From the NCBI RefSeq assembly GCF_001194135.2, contig NC_068981.1:26681182-26745181 (forward strand): 64,000 nucleotides of DNA, written 5' to 3'. The stretch comes from Octopus bimaculoides. Taxonomy: Eukaryota. Shown in pieces: positions 12,776 to 26,660 of the stretch; position 1 is the first letter of the stretch, and each line of letters opens with the position of its first letter. The notes beneath the pieces were generated by a model. It worked only from the letters and a program-made list of their open reading frames with translations. It was not told where the DNA came from and made no database searches. Made by a program: the position numbers and the translations under genes.

Positions 12776-13039
12776 TGGATTTGGTAGGCGGAAACTGAAA
12801 GAAGCCCTTCGTATATGCATATGTGTGCGTGTGCTTGTCGTCCAATATCGCTTAACAACCGATGCTTGCGTGTTTACGTCCCCGTAACTTAGCGGTCCGG
12901 AAAAAGAGCCCGATAGAATAAGTACTAGACTTACAAGGAATAAGCCCTGGGGTCGATTTGCTCGATTAAAGGCGGTGCTCCAGTAAGGCTGCAGTCAAAT
13001 GACTGAAACAAGTAAAAAAAAAAAGAATAAAAGAATAAA
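12776..13039 (+). mobile_element. SINE family C, 5'-truncated
   Basis: GGATTTGGTAGGCGGAAACTGAAAGAAGCCC...GGCGGTGCTCCAG...GACTGAAACAAGTAAAA matches the reverse complement of 9718-9975. Confidence 0.88.
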
Positions 13040-13493
13040 TACACACACACGCGCACACATGAACCCACGCCATATATATATATTTTAATAAACTTTCTTT
13101 GAATTAATGTCTAGCAACCATATTACTGCGCTGCACTAGCATACACAGATGTAGTGAAACGTACACATAATGACATTTAATTGACTCCGATCAGTCAAAT
13201 AACTTTTACATACTTAGTATTTCGCATGTCATATACATACATAGGAAATGTTCTCTATGAGGCCTGTCTGTTTTCCTGTGTGTTCCTACCGTTGTCCGAA
13301 TAAAACTTTGCTTTCCGTGCTTTGTTTATATTCTCGTTTTTCATTTTGTCCACGTTTTTTGTGACGTCCTGTACCCAGCTATGCATCTATATATACATGT
13401 AGATGGAGGTATGTACATACATGCACGCATATATGCTTATACTCAAATATTATTTGTATTATACATATATACATACATACATATATATATATA

Positions 13494-13528
<35 letters not shown>

Positions 13529-13650
13529 ATATTCATGCTTAAACGAACACATACACAATCTCTCTAATACGCACTCGATTCTCATTACCTTCTGACCCTC
13601 TTTGTCAACTACACCGTCTTTAAACTACCCTCATTCTCACATACGCACGC

Positions 13651-13681
<31 letters not shown>

Positions 13682-13840
13682 TACCATATACTCATACACA
13701 CNNNNNNNNNNNNNNNNNNNNNNNNNNNNNNNNNNNNNNNNNNNNNNNNNNNNNNNNNNNNNNNNNNNNNNNNNNNNNNNNNNNNNCCTCTTTGTCAACT
13801 ACACCGTCTTTAAACTACCCTCATTCTCACATACGCACGC

Positions 13841-13871
<31 letters not shown>

Positions 13872-15091
13872 TACCATATACTCATACACACTGTCACACA
13901 CACATGCACGGATATCTCTATATAATTTTGTATTGCATGCAGGTGTATACACCCGCATATATACATACATACATAGATATATATACACACACACGCATAT
14001 ATATATATATATTTGTGTGTGCGTGTGCGTGAGTCTATAAATGCATGTAGATGTGCATATATGTGCGTATATGTATGTGTCTGTGTATATATACATACAT
14101 ATATATATATACGTTTGCTTGTATATGAAAATATGTTATTTACATACATATGCTTACACACATACCCACACACATACATATGTATGTGGGTGGTTGCGTG
14201 CACCTGTACATATATAAATATGTGTGTGTCTATGCAGTCTCGTTAATACGTATATACGTTACGAGCATAAAAGACCCACACATACTTCAACACACATATA
14301 ACAGCACGCAATACGACATGCATTTAAACGGTCAGCTATTTACTGTCAACACTAGAGACGATAGCTTGCATCTAAATACCTCAGGAAATAATAGAGATTT
14401 CAAACCTTCCTTTCTATCCACGTTATCCATATATTAATAGACAAAATTGAGTTCATTCTTGTAAATTGTTCTTATATGTGTGTTAGCATGAAAATAAGTT
14501 ATTTCCCCAGCAATGGCTTGGCCCATTCGATTGTCCGATTGGAGGCCCTGGCCACCTCATGTACGGATGAGGTCAGTACATGATGTACCTCCATTGAGTT
14601 CGTTCCATCGCTGCGACTGGCAGTTTAACTAACTTTAGATAACGGAGGGACCACAGAAAATTAGAGATAGATAGAGAGAGAGAACGAGAGAGAAAGAGAG
14701 CGATGGAGAAAATACTCAGTGTATAGAGAGATAACATACGACTTAATAAGCATGCTGTCCGGTGTAATAACGTCAGACCCTGTTTTAATCAATACAAAAC
14801 CATAAATGGTTGTGGCTCAGGTCAACTGCTTGACCCGATATATTCATCGGCCTTCTGTATGGTGTGTAAGACGTCACTTTGGCTTAAGCAATGATGCGAT
14901 CGGATGAGTTCGTGCGGAATTATATTCAGAAACGCAATACAATCTCACAACCAGCGTGCATACACACGCATCCACAAGTACACACAAAGAGACGAATAGT
15001 TAAGTATGCACACAATCACGCATACATGCATAATCTCAATCCTAAAAGACTAAACAAAGCATAAATGTATGCAAAGAAATGTGTAACAAGC

Positions 15092-15125
<34 letters not shown>

Positions 15126-15232
15126 ATACATACATATATACATGTGTGCGCGTGAGTTTGTGTGCACACACATGCACACACACACGCACACACACATGCA
15201 CACACATGATATGCACNNNNNNNNNNCACAGC

Positions 15233-15275
<43 letters not shown>

Positions 15276-15414
15276 AGCAAATACATGCATTTATGCTCAC
15301 ATATAAACACATGTATACTCATATATACATATATACGTTGAAACGTATATGTGCTTATACATACATGTCTTTATATATATATAGATATATATAAATTATC
15401 TGTCTATGTATATA

Positions 15415-15476
<62 letters not shown>

Positions 15477-16933
15477 CGTTTACGTAATTATATATTTTCC
15501 TGTACAACTTTATATATATGCTTACATGCATCATATATATCAATGCATATTGATGCGGATGTCCATGCTAAACAAGTGCTTCTAATGAGTTTACACATAA
15601 GAAAATAGTCCTATTAGCAAAACGTAAATGTAAGGTGCAAGTTATTAGTATGAGTGCGCTTGAGAGCGGGGTGAGGGTGCGAAAGTGTTGTTAGAAAGCG
15701 ACAAAGACCTAAGAGTGTGCGAAAGACATTGCGTGTACTTATACAGTTCTATGAATATGCGCTTAGAAATATGTCTCTATCCAACATGTGAATCTGTATA
15801 TGTGTATGAGTTATATGACGGATTGTTCGAAGGGAATGGAAATCACGTGTTTGCAAATGTGGGCCATCATGGATATTAGTAATTAGTAACTTATAATAAG
15901 ACTTTGTGCCGGGTTATGCAGCCATGACAACGGGCAAGAAAACATTTCAACGTATATAACAATTTGGAACATTTATGTATGAGTGCTATTGGCATGAAGT
16001 TAATAATACATTGTCGATTTATTCATGTAATCGAAAACAGACCAGCTAAGAAAGCGATGGAGGAAATTGTTCTGTGCCAAAGGAATGATGAGAGAGATGA
16101 CAAAAAAAAAAAAAAATCAAAGAAAAACCAAATAAGATATATATACAAAAAAATAAAATAGATTACACACAAACACACAAACACAAAATATGTATATATC
16201 CATGTAATTACATATATATAAATACACACACACATATATGTATATTTATATATCATAATTATCAATAAATATATAAATGCGTTCATATATATATTCTTAA
16301 ATTAATATATATACATATATGTACATATGTATATATCTATATATATACATCTTTATCTGTATGTATTTGTATGTATCTATATATACATCTTTATCTGTAT
16401 GTATTTGTATGTATCTATCTATCTATCTATATATAGACTTACATACAGAGTAAGTGAAAAAGTGGGGGAAAACGAGAAATTTAATCGCTTATCTAAGTTA
16501 TTTTGACGATAAATTTGGCAAGATTGCAGATTTTATTCAATCAAATGTTATCACCATGTAAAATTATGAAATTTTATTACGTCTATTTATCCATTTGTTT
16601 ATTTATTTATTTTACCTTTACCCAATTTTCGCTAAGGAAGAGGTGGTAAATCCGTTCCTTCTCTTTATTTATTTCCTCTCCCGATTAGCCGTTTCCTTTT
16701 ATAAAAAAAAATAAATAAAAAGCATATTTCACAATTTGTTGCTAATGGAACAATAAGGAAGGCAACGGAAGCATTTATCTCTCTAATTATGTGGTTATCT
16801 GTCTCTCTGCCTGTCTGCCTTTCTGCTTCTCTATAAGGTTTCTTCCTGTTTGTCTCTCTTAACGATTTCCTTTCCAATTCGGCATATTACCTGGTTTTAT
16901 TCTCTCTCTCTTTCTCTATCTCTCTCTCTCTCC

Positions 16934-16968
<35 letters not shown>

Positions 16969-17088
16969 ACTCTCTCCCCCTCTCTCTCTGTCATCGCCAT
17001 CTTGGTGAACATAACGCAACATGTTATAATTATTGAAGCCAACTTAAAACCCAGAAATAGCAATTATTATTATTATTATTATTATTAT

Positions 17089-17122
<34 letters not shown>

Positions 17123-17382
17123 TTTTGTTGTTGTGGAGGTGATGGTGGTGGTAGTGGTGAGAAATGTTCGTATACTAGATGAGTACAATGTGAAATTAAA
17201 TACACAGTAAAATATATATTGTCACAAAAGAAATCCATTTATCCCTAATTTAATAGAGAAGGAAACTCGAGCGCATTCTTGTGTAAGTAATAGGACATTA
17301 TTACCAACGGTAAGCAAAAATTGTGCTTTGATTTTTCGTTAACAGGACAGTCGATGGTTGGTGCTAGTTGTTACAAATCGCT

Positions 17383-17700
17383 ATCTTTTATCTTTTATTT
17401 GTTTCATTTATTTGATTGTGGTGACGCTGGGATACTGGCTTGATGGGGTCTTAGTCGAACAAATCAGTAGCAGTACGTATTTTTAACTCTGGGACTTATT
17501 CTATCGGCCTGATTTGCCGAACCGTTAAATTACTGGGAGGTAGAGAAGCCAAAACGGGGTGCTACGCGGTTGTGAGAAACAAACTCAAGCATGAACACAT
17601 TCTCTCTCACTCTCTCTCACACACACACAGGTATGTATATATTACGAAGGTCTTCTATACAGTTTGTCTAGCAAATTCACTCAGAAAGCATTATTAATAT
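17383..17700 (-). mobile_element. Old, diverged SINE related to family C
   Basis: ATCTTTTATTTGTTTCA, TTAGTCGAACAAATC, ACTTATTCTATCGG, TGCCGAACCG and CAAATTCACTCA motifs are colinear with 9718-9990. Confidence 0.65.
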
Positions 17701-17959
17701 TGAGGTCATGTTGGATGCAGAGTAGTAAAAAGAAGTGACACTTAGGCATTGGGAAAAAGTGGTTATCCTTTCTGGTGGGCAGTTGAAGCGCGTTCTTTTT
17801 CAAGGAACTTTGCGCGAACAGATTCGGGACTGCATATTTTGAAAGCATAAATGCAGCTACAGGTAGTGGTCGTGGGTATAGTCTTGGACTGCTCTGAATA
17901 CATTCACATTGCAGCATCACATCCGTAGCCAAATAAGAGCGCATGATATTAATATCTAT

Positions 17960-19150
17960 CGAGTTTATATGACAAATTCGTTCGTTTCAATCCAATGTCG
18001 TTTGAATTAACACAAAAAATAAATTTACTGTTGCGTTTTATAGCTTTTATAGTACTATAGTTCCTGTGCAACTTTTGTTAATTGGTTTTGAATTTTGAAT
18101 ACATTCTTTCTTTTTCCAGACAAGATGTTGGAGTATGGGAGTATAAAGAAGGGAAAACAAGTATTTTTGACGCTTGCTTTTCTTCGGTCTTATTCAGTAT
18201 TCCAAAGGTATTAAAACCACTCGACATGTTTGTGGTGGGGACAAAGATGTTGCTACCTCTGAAAAAAATCTACAGAAGTGATTTTTACGCTTCAAGGCGG
18301 AAAACGTCGACGCCATATATTTTGTATCCCGGCCGCACTGTTCAGTTCAATGAGGATCGATTGAACAAGCACATGCTAGAGGATCGCGCCAATACTCGAT
18401 GTAATTTCCTCAACAGATGGGATGCTTTCATGATAGTGTCATCCCTCACCCTCATTCGATTGATAGGATCCAGAAAATCACCGCTTGGTGTTCACACGCT
18501 CTGAACAAAAGAGACAAACTCCATCGGTCCTCTACCACCTTCATCACCATTTTGCTTGTTCGACACCAGTCTAATCATAAACACAGGGATTCTCTTATCG
18601 CATCACCACTAGTGATGCTAAATGGTATTTACGTTAAGATGACGCAGGGAAAGAATGGCCGTGTCCCGATGGTCAAGCACCAGTGCGAGCCAAGCCAAAG
18701 ATGCATCCTCATAAGACAATGATCTGTGTTTGGTGGGACTGGGAAGGGCTAATCCAATACAGTATGCTTCAAAGCAACTTCATGGTCAATCCGCTCAACG
18801 AGACAATCCGACAATCCTGCAAAAACTATCCGACCGGTAACACGGCGTACTTTTTCAGCTTGCTCCCACGACTCTAATTTGACCATAAATTCTATTCAAG
18901 ACCACGATTGTGAAGTTCTACTGCACCTACCGTATTCACCTGACAAAGCACCTTCAGATAATTACCTTTCTCAGTCGCTCTCACACAGTCAGTCGGGAAT
19001 TTCCTTCAACAGTGACATGGATCTAAACAAATGGATCGATGAATTCTTCGAGCGACTTCTGGCGTCGAGCCATTTACAAGCTAATGGAAATTTAGCAAGG
19101 AGTCGTGAACAATGAAGGGGAATATATTATTCACTGATTTATTAAAATCA
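17960..19150 (+). mobile_element. Decayed mariner DNA transposon (transposase pseudogene)
   Basis: Frameshifted pieces read KPKMHPHKTMICVWWDWEGLIQY (cf. KPxLHPKKVMLCVWWDWKG), EVLLHLPYSPDKAPSDNYL (cf. HPPYSPDLAPSDYHLF), KITAWCSHAL (cf. WVPHEL) and GRTVQFNEDRL. TIRs not identified, so the boundaries are approximate. Confidence 0.9.
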
Positions 19151-19159
19151 CAAAGCCTA

Positions 19160-20625
19160 GATGATGGAGGCGCGATGTGATAATAAAGCTACAAAAAACG
19201 AATAGTAGCCGATTCTAAACAGCATTTTACTGAAATCTTAAGAGAGAATAGTGCGATAGAAAGGTAGTCGACATTTGTATCTAACTCGAAAGCCTGCCGC
19301 AAAACAAAACATGTGAGTTGTTACGAAAAATGATAACAGCAATTGATAATCAAGCTATTGACAACTTGTACGAAAGGCATATCAGCCGGTTTGTGTGGTC
19401 TGCCATTTGACAGTTATTAACATATGGCAGAATTCCTCACCAATGCCTTGGCAGACGTCTGTTGCAACTGGCTGCACAACGCGTTTCACTGTAATGAAAC
19501 GATAAGTGAAAGGACTTCTATAAAATGCTGCCTGCAAAGGAAACATGATCGATAATTTTCAGCCTATAACTTTGCTAAATCTAAAGTTTAGATTTGGGCC
19601 CAGTTGCTAGCCGTCGGTCGTTTAATTGATAATGCACAAAAATATGTTGAATAGAAACCATATCTACGACTAACAATCTTCAACCTTCACCACATCTGAT
19701 GTATCATAGAGGGAGTACATAAAGCACTGGGTTCAGTGCTTTCTGGTCAATTTGGATTATTCGAAGTCTTTTGATATGTTCACCTTAAAGTTATTTGGCG
19801 GCTTTTTCATGACGGTGTATTTCGGTTATGTTTCAGAGGCTGGATCGCAGCGGCGTAAAGTGTCCTATTTCAAGTCATCAGGCACTCGGTCAGCTATGGG
19901 TGTTCTCTTTTTTTGTCTCCACAAAAATCATTCCATAGCAACTGTGCTGTGTCAACAGACTTTTTTGACGGTGAAGAAGTGTGATCTTCGTCTGTAAATC
20001 TTAAGTAAAGTCCAAGAGTGGGTGCCTGGCATCTGCTACGTTGTCAGGCGTTTAGCGCTCTCTTATCAGGTAACGTGGTCGGCGGAAGAAATACATAAGC
20101 AAATCTCAAAACTACAAAATAGTGATTACGTCTCCGGAGAAGCTCTGGGCATCTAACAAAATGAACTAAATGATCAGTGGAGAAGTAGAAGCTTCGGGTC
20201 GAGTTTATTGATAACTTCCAGAAATCTTTGTCCTAACTGTTCTACCGAAGGTTCAAACTTTTTAGAGATAAACTCTACAAGCAGGAGAGGATATCAGATG
20301 AACTTGCCCGAGATAAGTGCAGTGCGATGAAACCGTTCTGCAAGCATACATTCAGTGTCTTGGAATTACTGAGTAGGAGAGTCATTGGAAGCAGCTGTTG
20401 TCAAGTGTAGGACAAATTCCACTACCGACTGAAAGTATCATGACAATAGCTAAGAACACTTTCTTTAAAGGTAGGCAATTTTCCTCTGGCTGCTAGAAAC
20501 AATAGTGAAGCAATGTTTGTAGATAAAGGGCCGGGTGAAGAACAAAAGAGGAGCACTTTCCATTTCTGTAATACTACCGTCAATTGGACAGGAAAAGTAA
20601 AGGAGATAGAGTATTTTGCTAGTCT
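19160..20625 (+). mobile_element. Highly decayed Tx1/L1-clade non-LTR retrotransposon (RT plus zf-RVT remnants, internally deleted)
   Basis: Fragments read LADVCCNWLHN, DNFQPITLLN (~19550; cf. NWRPITLLN), NLDYSKSFD (~19750; cf. LDQxKAFD), and RDKLYKQ...ETVLQAYIQC...QLLSSVG (~20260-20415, a zf-RVT-like tail). Many stops and frameshifts. Confidence 0.7.
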
Positions 20626-20739
20626 CCGACTCCGCCACTCTCTTCGGTTTGTCCTCATACCACATTTATACACACACGCACACACGCACACACACAAACA
20701 TAGAGAGAGAGAGAGAGAGTGAGAGAGAGAGAGAGAGAG

Positions 20740-20792
<53 letters not shown>

Positions 20793-21636
20793 CGAGGTCA
20801 GATCAATACATATCAGGACTTTGCCATAGTAACGAAGCTAAAGCACACAGAATGAAGCCGCGTGGCACAGATTGATCTTGAAATCTGCGGGGAATGTGAG
20901 CTAAGTTTCAACGTTTTAGTTCACTTCCGCTGTTTACAGCAGTGTATAACGTATGATCGTCGCATTGATCATGACAGAGAAAGTTGTCATGGCGACACGT
21001 GCACACAGGCCTACGCATATTTGCAGAAAGTGTATGGAGAGGAGTGTATGAGCCGCACTCAAGCGTACGAGTGGTTCAGACGTTTCCAAGATGACCAAAA
21101 ATATGTCGATATTGACGAACGTTCTGGGAAACCTGCAACCAGCAGAACCGAGTGAAGCATCGCAGATGTGCGCGCAGCTGTGAGGGAAAATCGTCGAATC
21201 ACCTTCCATGAGTTATCAGAGGATGTGCAGATTAGTTACGGTTCCGTTAAGTCCATTATCACTGAAAATTTGGGTATGAGACGCGTGTCTGCCAAATTTG
21301 TGCCAAAACTACTTTCAGCAGACCCAAAAGGTACTCTGGTTTCAGTTGCATAAGATCTTGAGTGTATCGAGAACGACGGAAACTTTTGAGCAGGTTTCGC
21401 TAAGCTTTGTGCAAAATTTGATGCTGATTCTCTGCTCAACTTTCTCCGTCATGAGACGAAAACACGCTACACACGTTACTTCCAAGTAGTTCTGTAAACT
21501 GCGGGAGTGAGCTAGAACGTTAAAACTTAGAGCGCATCCACAGCAGAGTTCAAGGTAAATCTGTGCAGCTTCACTCTGCATGCTTTAGCTTCGTTACTAT
21601 GGCAACAATCCGGGTACTTATTGATCAGATCACTTA
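20793..21636 (+). mobile_element. Irritans-like mariner derivative whose 3' half is replaced by an inverted copy of its 5' end (long inverted repeats)
   Basis: Starts TA|CGAGGTCAGATCAATA. The + strand encodes LQKVYGEECMSRTQAYEWFRRF...ERSGKP...RRITFHELSEDV...LGMRRVSAKFVPKLL. About 21385-21636 is the reverse complement of the left end, including a start MTEKVEQRISIKFCTKL. No DDD catalytic domain is present. Confidence 0.9.
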
Positions 21637-23020
21637 TACAACTATGTGTGTATATGAGTGTGTGTATGCCCGTGTTGGCCCTGTTTTACACAAGCAGTGT
21701 ACACATGACATCCACATTTGCATCCATACTCACGAACACGTATGACAAAACAGAACGAAAAGACCAAATTCCACCCAAAATGTATAGCTAGTTTAAAACA
21801 AACGCACACTTGGACTCATGTATACAGAGAAATATACGTATATGTGTGCACATCATATTCTCTTCGAGTCTCTCACTCTATGTATGTTTCTCTATGTTGT
21901 GCAATTCATGTGAAATAAAACTGGTCCTTGTGTTTGTTCGTATGCATATGTGTGTGAGTGTATGTATGTATGAATATATGTTATGTGTTTTGCGAAGAAC
22001 ATAATGATAGCATGTATATATATATATNNNNNNNNNNNNNNNNNNNNNNNNNNNNNNNNNNNNNNNNNNNNNNNNNNNNNNNNNNNNNNNNNNNNNNNNN
22101 NNNNNNNNNNNNNNNNNNNNNNNNNNNNNNNNNNNNNNNNNNNNNNNNNNNNNNNNNNNNNNNNNNNNNNNNNNNNNNNNNNNNNNNNNNNNNNNNNNNN
22201 NNNNNNNNNNNNNNNNNNNNNNNNNNNNNNNNNNNNNNNNNNNNNNNNNNNNNNNNNNNNNNNNNNNNNNNNNNNNNNNNNNNNNNNNNNNNNNNNNNNN
22301 NNNNNNNNNNNNNNNNNNNNNNNNNNNNNNNNNNNNNNNNNNNNNNNNNNNNNNNNNNNNNNNNNNNNNNNNNNNNNNNNNNNNNNNNNNNNNNNNNNNN
22401 NNNNNNNNNNNNNNNNNNNNNNNNNNNNNNNNNNNNNNNNNNNNNNNNNNNNNNNNNNNNNNNNNNNNNNNNNNNNNNNNNNNNNNNNNNNNNNNNNNNN
22501 NNNNNNNNNNNNNNNNNNNNNNNNNNNNNNNNNNNNNNNNNNNNNNNNNNNNNNNNNNNNNNNNNNNNNNNNNNNNNNNNNNNNNNNNNNNNNNNNNNNN
22601 NNNNNNNNNNNNNNNNNNNNNNNNNNNNNNNNNNNNNNNNNNNNNNNNNNNNNNNNNNNNNNNNNNNNNNNNNNNNNNNNNNNNNNNNNNNNNNNNNNNN
22701 NNNNNNNNNNNNNNNNNNNNNNNNNNNNNNNNNNNNNNNNNNNNNNNNNNNNNNNNNNNNNNNNNNNNNNNNNNNNNNNNNNNNNNNNNNNNNNNNNNNN
22801 NNNNNNNNNNNNNNNNNNNNNNNNNNNNNNNNNNNNNNNNNNNNNNNNNNNNNNNNNNNNNNNNNNNNNNNNNNNNNNNNNNNNNNNNNNNNNNNNNNNN
22901 NNNNNNNNNNNNNNNNNNNNNNNNNNNNNNNNNNNNNNNNNNNNNNNNNNNNNNNNNNNNNNNNNNNNNNNNNNNNNNNNNNNNNNNNNNNNNNNNNNNN
23001 NNNNNNNNNNNNNNNNNNNN

Positions 23021-23058
<38 letters not shown>

Positions 23059-23738
23059 TGTATGGGTCTATAAGTTTTTATATGTGCATGTATATGTGTA
23101 TGTTTGCATAATATGTGTAACGCGTGTGTAAATGTGTCCGTGTGTGTATTTATATGCATTGTAGTATATAATTTTATAAGAATGTTTGTACATTTGTATG
23201 CTTATATGTACGTTGGTAAGTACATATATATATATGTATGGAAGAATATATTATACGCTCAAACACACACACGCACGCACGCATTCAGATACATATATGT
23301 ATGTATATATGTGTATATATATGTGTAAATATATATGTATAAATGTACATATGCTTATCTGTATGTATAGTTGCAAGAATATGTAAGTTATTGAACATGT
23401 ATGTGTGTGTGCGTGCGCGAGCGTGTGTGCCAGTGTGTATGTGTATATGTGTGTGTGTGTGTGTTTGCGTGTGTAGTGTGTATGTGCGCGTAGATACCTC
23501 TGTATGTCATTTCTACTTGGACTTGAATATATTGTTGGATTGTTTGGCCGTTAATTGATTAAGTTGTTCAAACCTGCAGGTCCATATTACCAATGATATT
23601 GTCTGTATTCTATACACTTACTTTAGGGCAGTGAAATGGAAGATTCTTTTATTTCATTTTACAAACTTTGCAAGTAAACAAGTAAAGATATAGACAGACA
23701 CGACAAACAAACGGACAAGCATTCACAATGCTAGATAG

Positions 23739-23821
<83 letters not shown>

Positions 23822-24628
23822 GTTATATGTATGTGTGTATGTATGTACTAATATATGCATGTATGTGTGAATGTGTTTATGTGTTTGTGTGTATGAGTGC
23901 ATATACATTCAAGGCAAGTATATATGAGACAGAGAGTTAGAGTGGGGGATGTAATGTCGACAGATAATTAAATAGATAGATATACACTGAGTCTTAAAGA
24001 GGTAAATAGTAAGATAGATATGTAAATTTAATAGAAAACTAACTAATCGTATAGATTGATATTTATATAGTTAAATAAGAGAATACTAAAAACAAAAACA
24101 AAAAAATGAAGAATCTTAGGCAAAAAATAAATGAACTCGCAGGCTGAAAGGAAGAAATATAAAGAAGTAAACGTATTGAAATAAAAAAAATAAGAACTAG
24201 AAGACAAAAAGCCAAAATAATTTGGGAGAAATTCAAAGAAAAAAGACTAAATTTCGGTAGAGAGGTAAAGAAAGTGAAGGAGACTTCGAATGAAAACCAA
24301 AGAATGGATGTTTGAATTGCGAAGTTTATAAAATAAATTCAAATAAAATAAGAATATATATAAATAAAGATAATCAGGTTGAAATAAGGAAATATAAAAT
24401 GTGAAAGCAGGTCGAAAACACGAAATGAACAGCAAGGGAAGAGAAAATGTGTGATAAAGACAGAATACGAAAAGAAATGGAATTTAGGATAAGATAAAGA
24501 GAAGAATAATAAGAATAGAGTAAAGCAAGAAAAGACTAAGAAGAAGAGAGATATTTATAAAAAAAGGAAGTTGCAATGAAGGTGATAGAGAACTCAGCAG
24601 AATATAGTTTTAAAAAAAGAAGAGAGAG

Positions 24629-24665
<37 letters not shown>

Positions 24666-26191
24666 AAGGGTAATAGAAAGAAAGAAAGAAAGAAAGAAAG
24701 GGAGAGAGAGAAAGAGATAGAAAGATAGAGAGAGAATACACAAATAGATTAACATGTACCAAACTAAAAAAAAAGACAAGATATAAACTAACGGTAAAAA
24801 TAAAAAGAGAGGGGGTGGAGGTAAAGAGAGAAAGAGATGAAGGTAGAATAATTTAAATAGAAAGACATCAACACCAAATAATAACTAAAAAAAAAAAAAG
24901 CAACAACATTAATCGTAATAAAATAAAATAAAACTATTCGTCTGTGATCGAACTTATTGTCAACGAGTAACTTTACGCAAAGAAAGAGAGTGGGCATTTT
25001 GAAGACTTTTTCTATTACGGTCATGAAATGAGTGGAAACAAAATAAACTCAAGCACCAACATCATCATCATTATCATCACCATTACCACCACCAACATCA
25101 TCATCATCATCATCATCATCATTACCAATAACGTCGCGACCATAGCAATAGCAACATCACCAATGACAAAAAAAATAAAATAAATAAAAAGCAACATTAT
25201 CGACACCATCAGAAATAACAACAAAGCATAAATGTATATAACACTACACAAATAGCTAAGACTTTCACAAACACGCAACACACATTTCAAAAACAAAGAC
25301 GAAATTTACACAAAAGAAAAAAATTAAACAACACGGAAAGTAAAACTACAAAAGTGAATAATAGAAAAATAAATTAAGAAATCACGAATCTACTAGAACA
25401 AATATCGAATGGTAAATTGGAAAGTATTTTTATTATTGGTTTCATTTATTTATTTACTATTTATTTTGTTCTTGCTATTGTTGTTGCAGTCCTTGTTTTT
25501 ACGCCCTAGCCTCTTCAGGTTTGGTTTTTAAAGTGTCTTTCCTTCTTAGCAGTGTTTATCATAAAAGAATTCGATACCAAATCTTAATACAGTATTTCCT
25601 TCATTCTAGTTTCTTCATCTTTCTGTTTTCCTTCTTACTTTTCATTTTTGTTTTATATTTCAGGTTTTCTTCATTACATTTCTCTACCCATTTAAAAAAA
25701 CAAAAAAAAAAAAGCAAACAAAAATGCAAATGCTTTATCTTCATATGGGATTGCAAAAGTGAGAAACAAATGGTACTGAAAAACTACTTACATGTGTTCG
25801 CAAATGCTCAAGTATGTTAAATTTTTGTTTTCCGATTTTGCCGTCATTAAGTACAGGACAGAGGCTTAAATTTAGTTAGAAACTTGAAATGCTTCGTGTT
25901 CGATTCCTAATACGAAACTTTCTGCGTTGTGTTTTCATTTGAACTGCTGCAAAACCATTCTTCGAAACATTCATTAAAGTTCTTGTAATTGAAAGAAACA
26001 GTTTTCATGGTCTGTCTTTGTAAATGTCTACTCAATAAGCTTCACAAATTATAGGAGAGCCGTGCACTATACGAGGAAAGGTCTGAATATTCCGAACTTA
26101 CCTACTCTTAAGTGTAGCTAATGTTGAAAATTATATGTACATCTATCTGCACATATACAAATACACGTATTCACACATCCACACATTTACG

Positions 26192-26660
26192 CGGGTCAAT
26201 TTTTACAATTGAATCAATCGATAGCTGTACTCTTCCTGCACTTGACATCAGATGTTCAACATAAACCCACACGTTCGTCACCTTTGAACACCGAACAATA
26301 GCGTGCGGTACGGTTTCCCTATCCTGCTCGCATCTGAGACAGGTCGAAGGGCCGTGGCCACTATGGCTTGTGAACTTGTCCCAACCGGTAAGGCTCGGCG
26401 GTAACACTGCCATGCCAGAGACTTCTGAAAGTTGTCCAGGGTCTTCGGCCCGAATGTACGTTGGAACAGACTGGCTAGCTGATTATCGTTGAGACCTAGG
26501 GTTTCCCCTATGGTATCGTCACATTCCGCCGCTTCTAGCCCTCTATAAAAGAATGCGGTGGAACAACCACTGCAGACATTACCCGAGCAGGAGTGCCTTT
26601 CGACACTCCGTAAACCATGTACCCAACTTCGATCTACGATAGAACCAGGTTTCCCATCCA
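26192..26660 (-). mobile_element. Tx1/L1-clade LINE fragment (C-terminal zf-RVT domain)
   Basis: Two minus-strand ORFs joined by one frameshift give ...DNFQKSLAWQCYRRALPV/DKFTSHSGHGPSTCLRCEQDRETVPHAIVRC...VWVYVEHLMS, a CxxC...HxxxxC zinc-binding motif. Confidence 0.85.
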
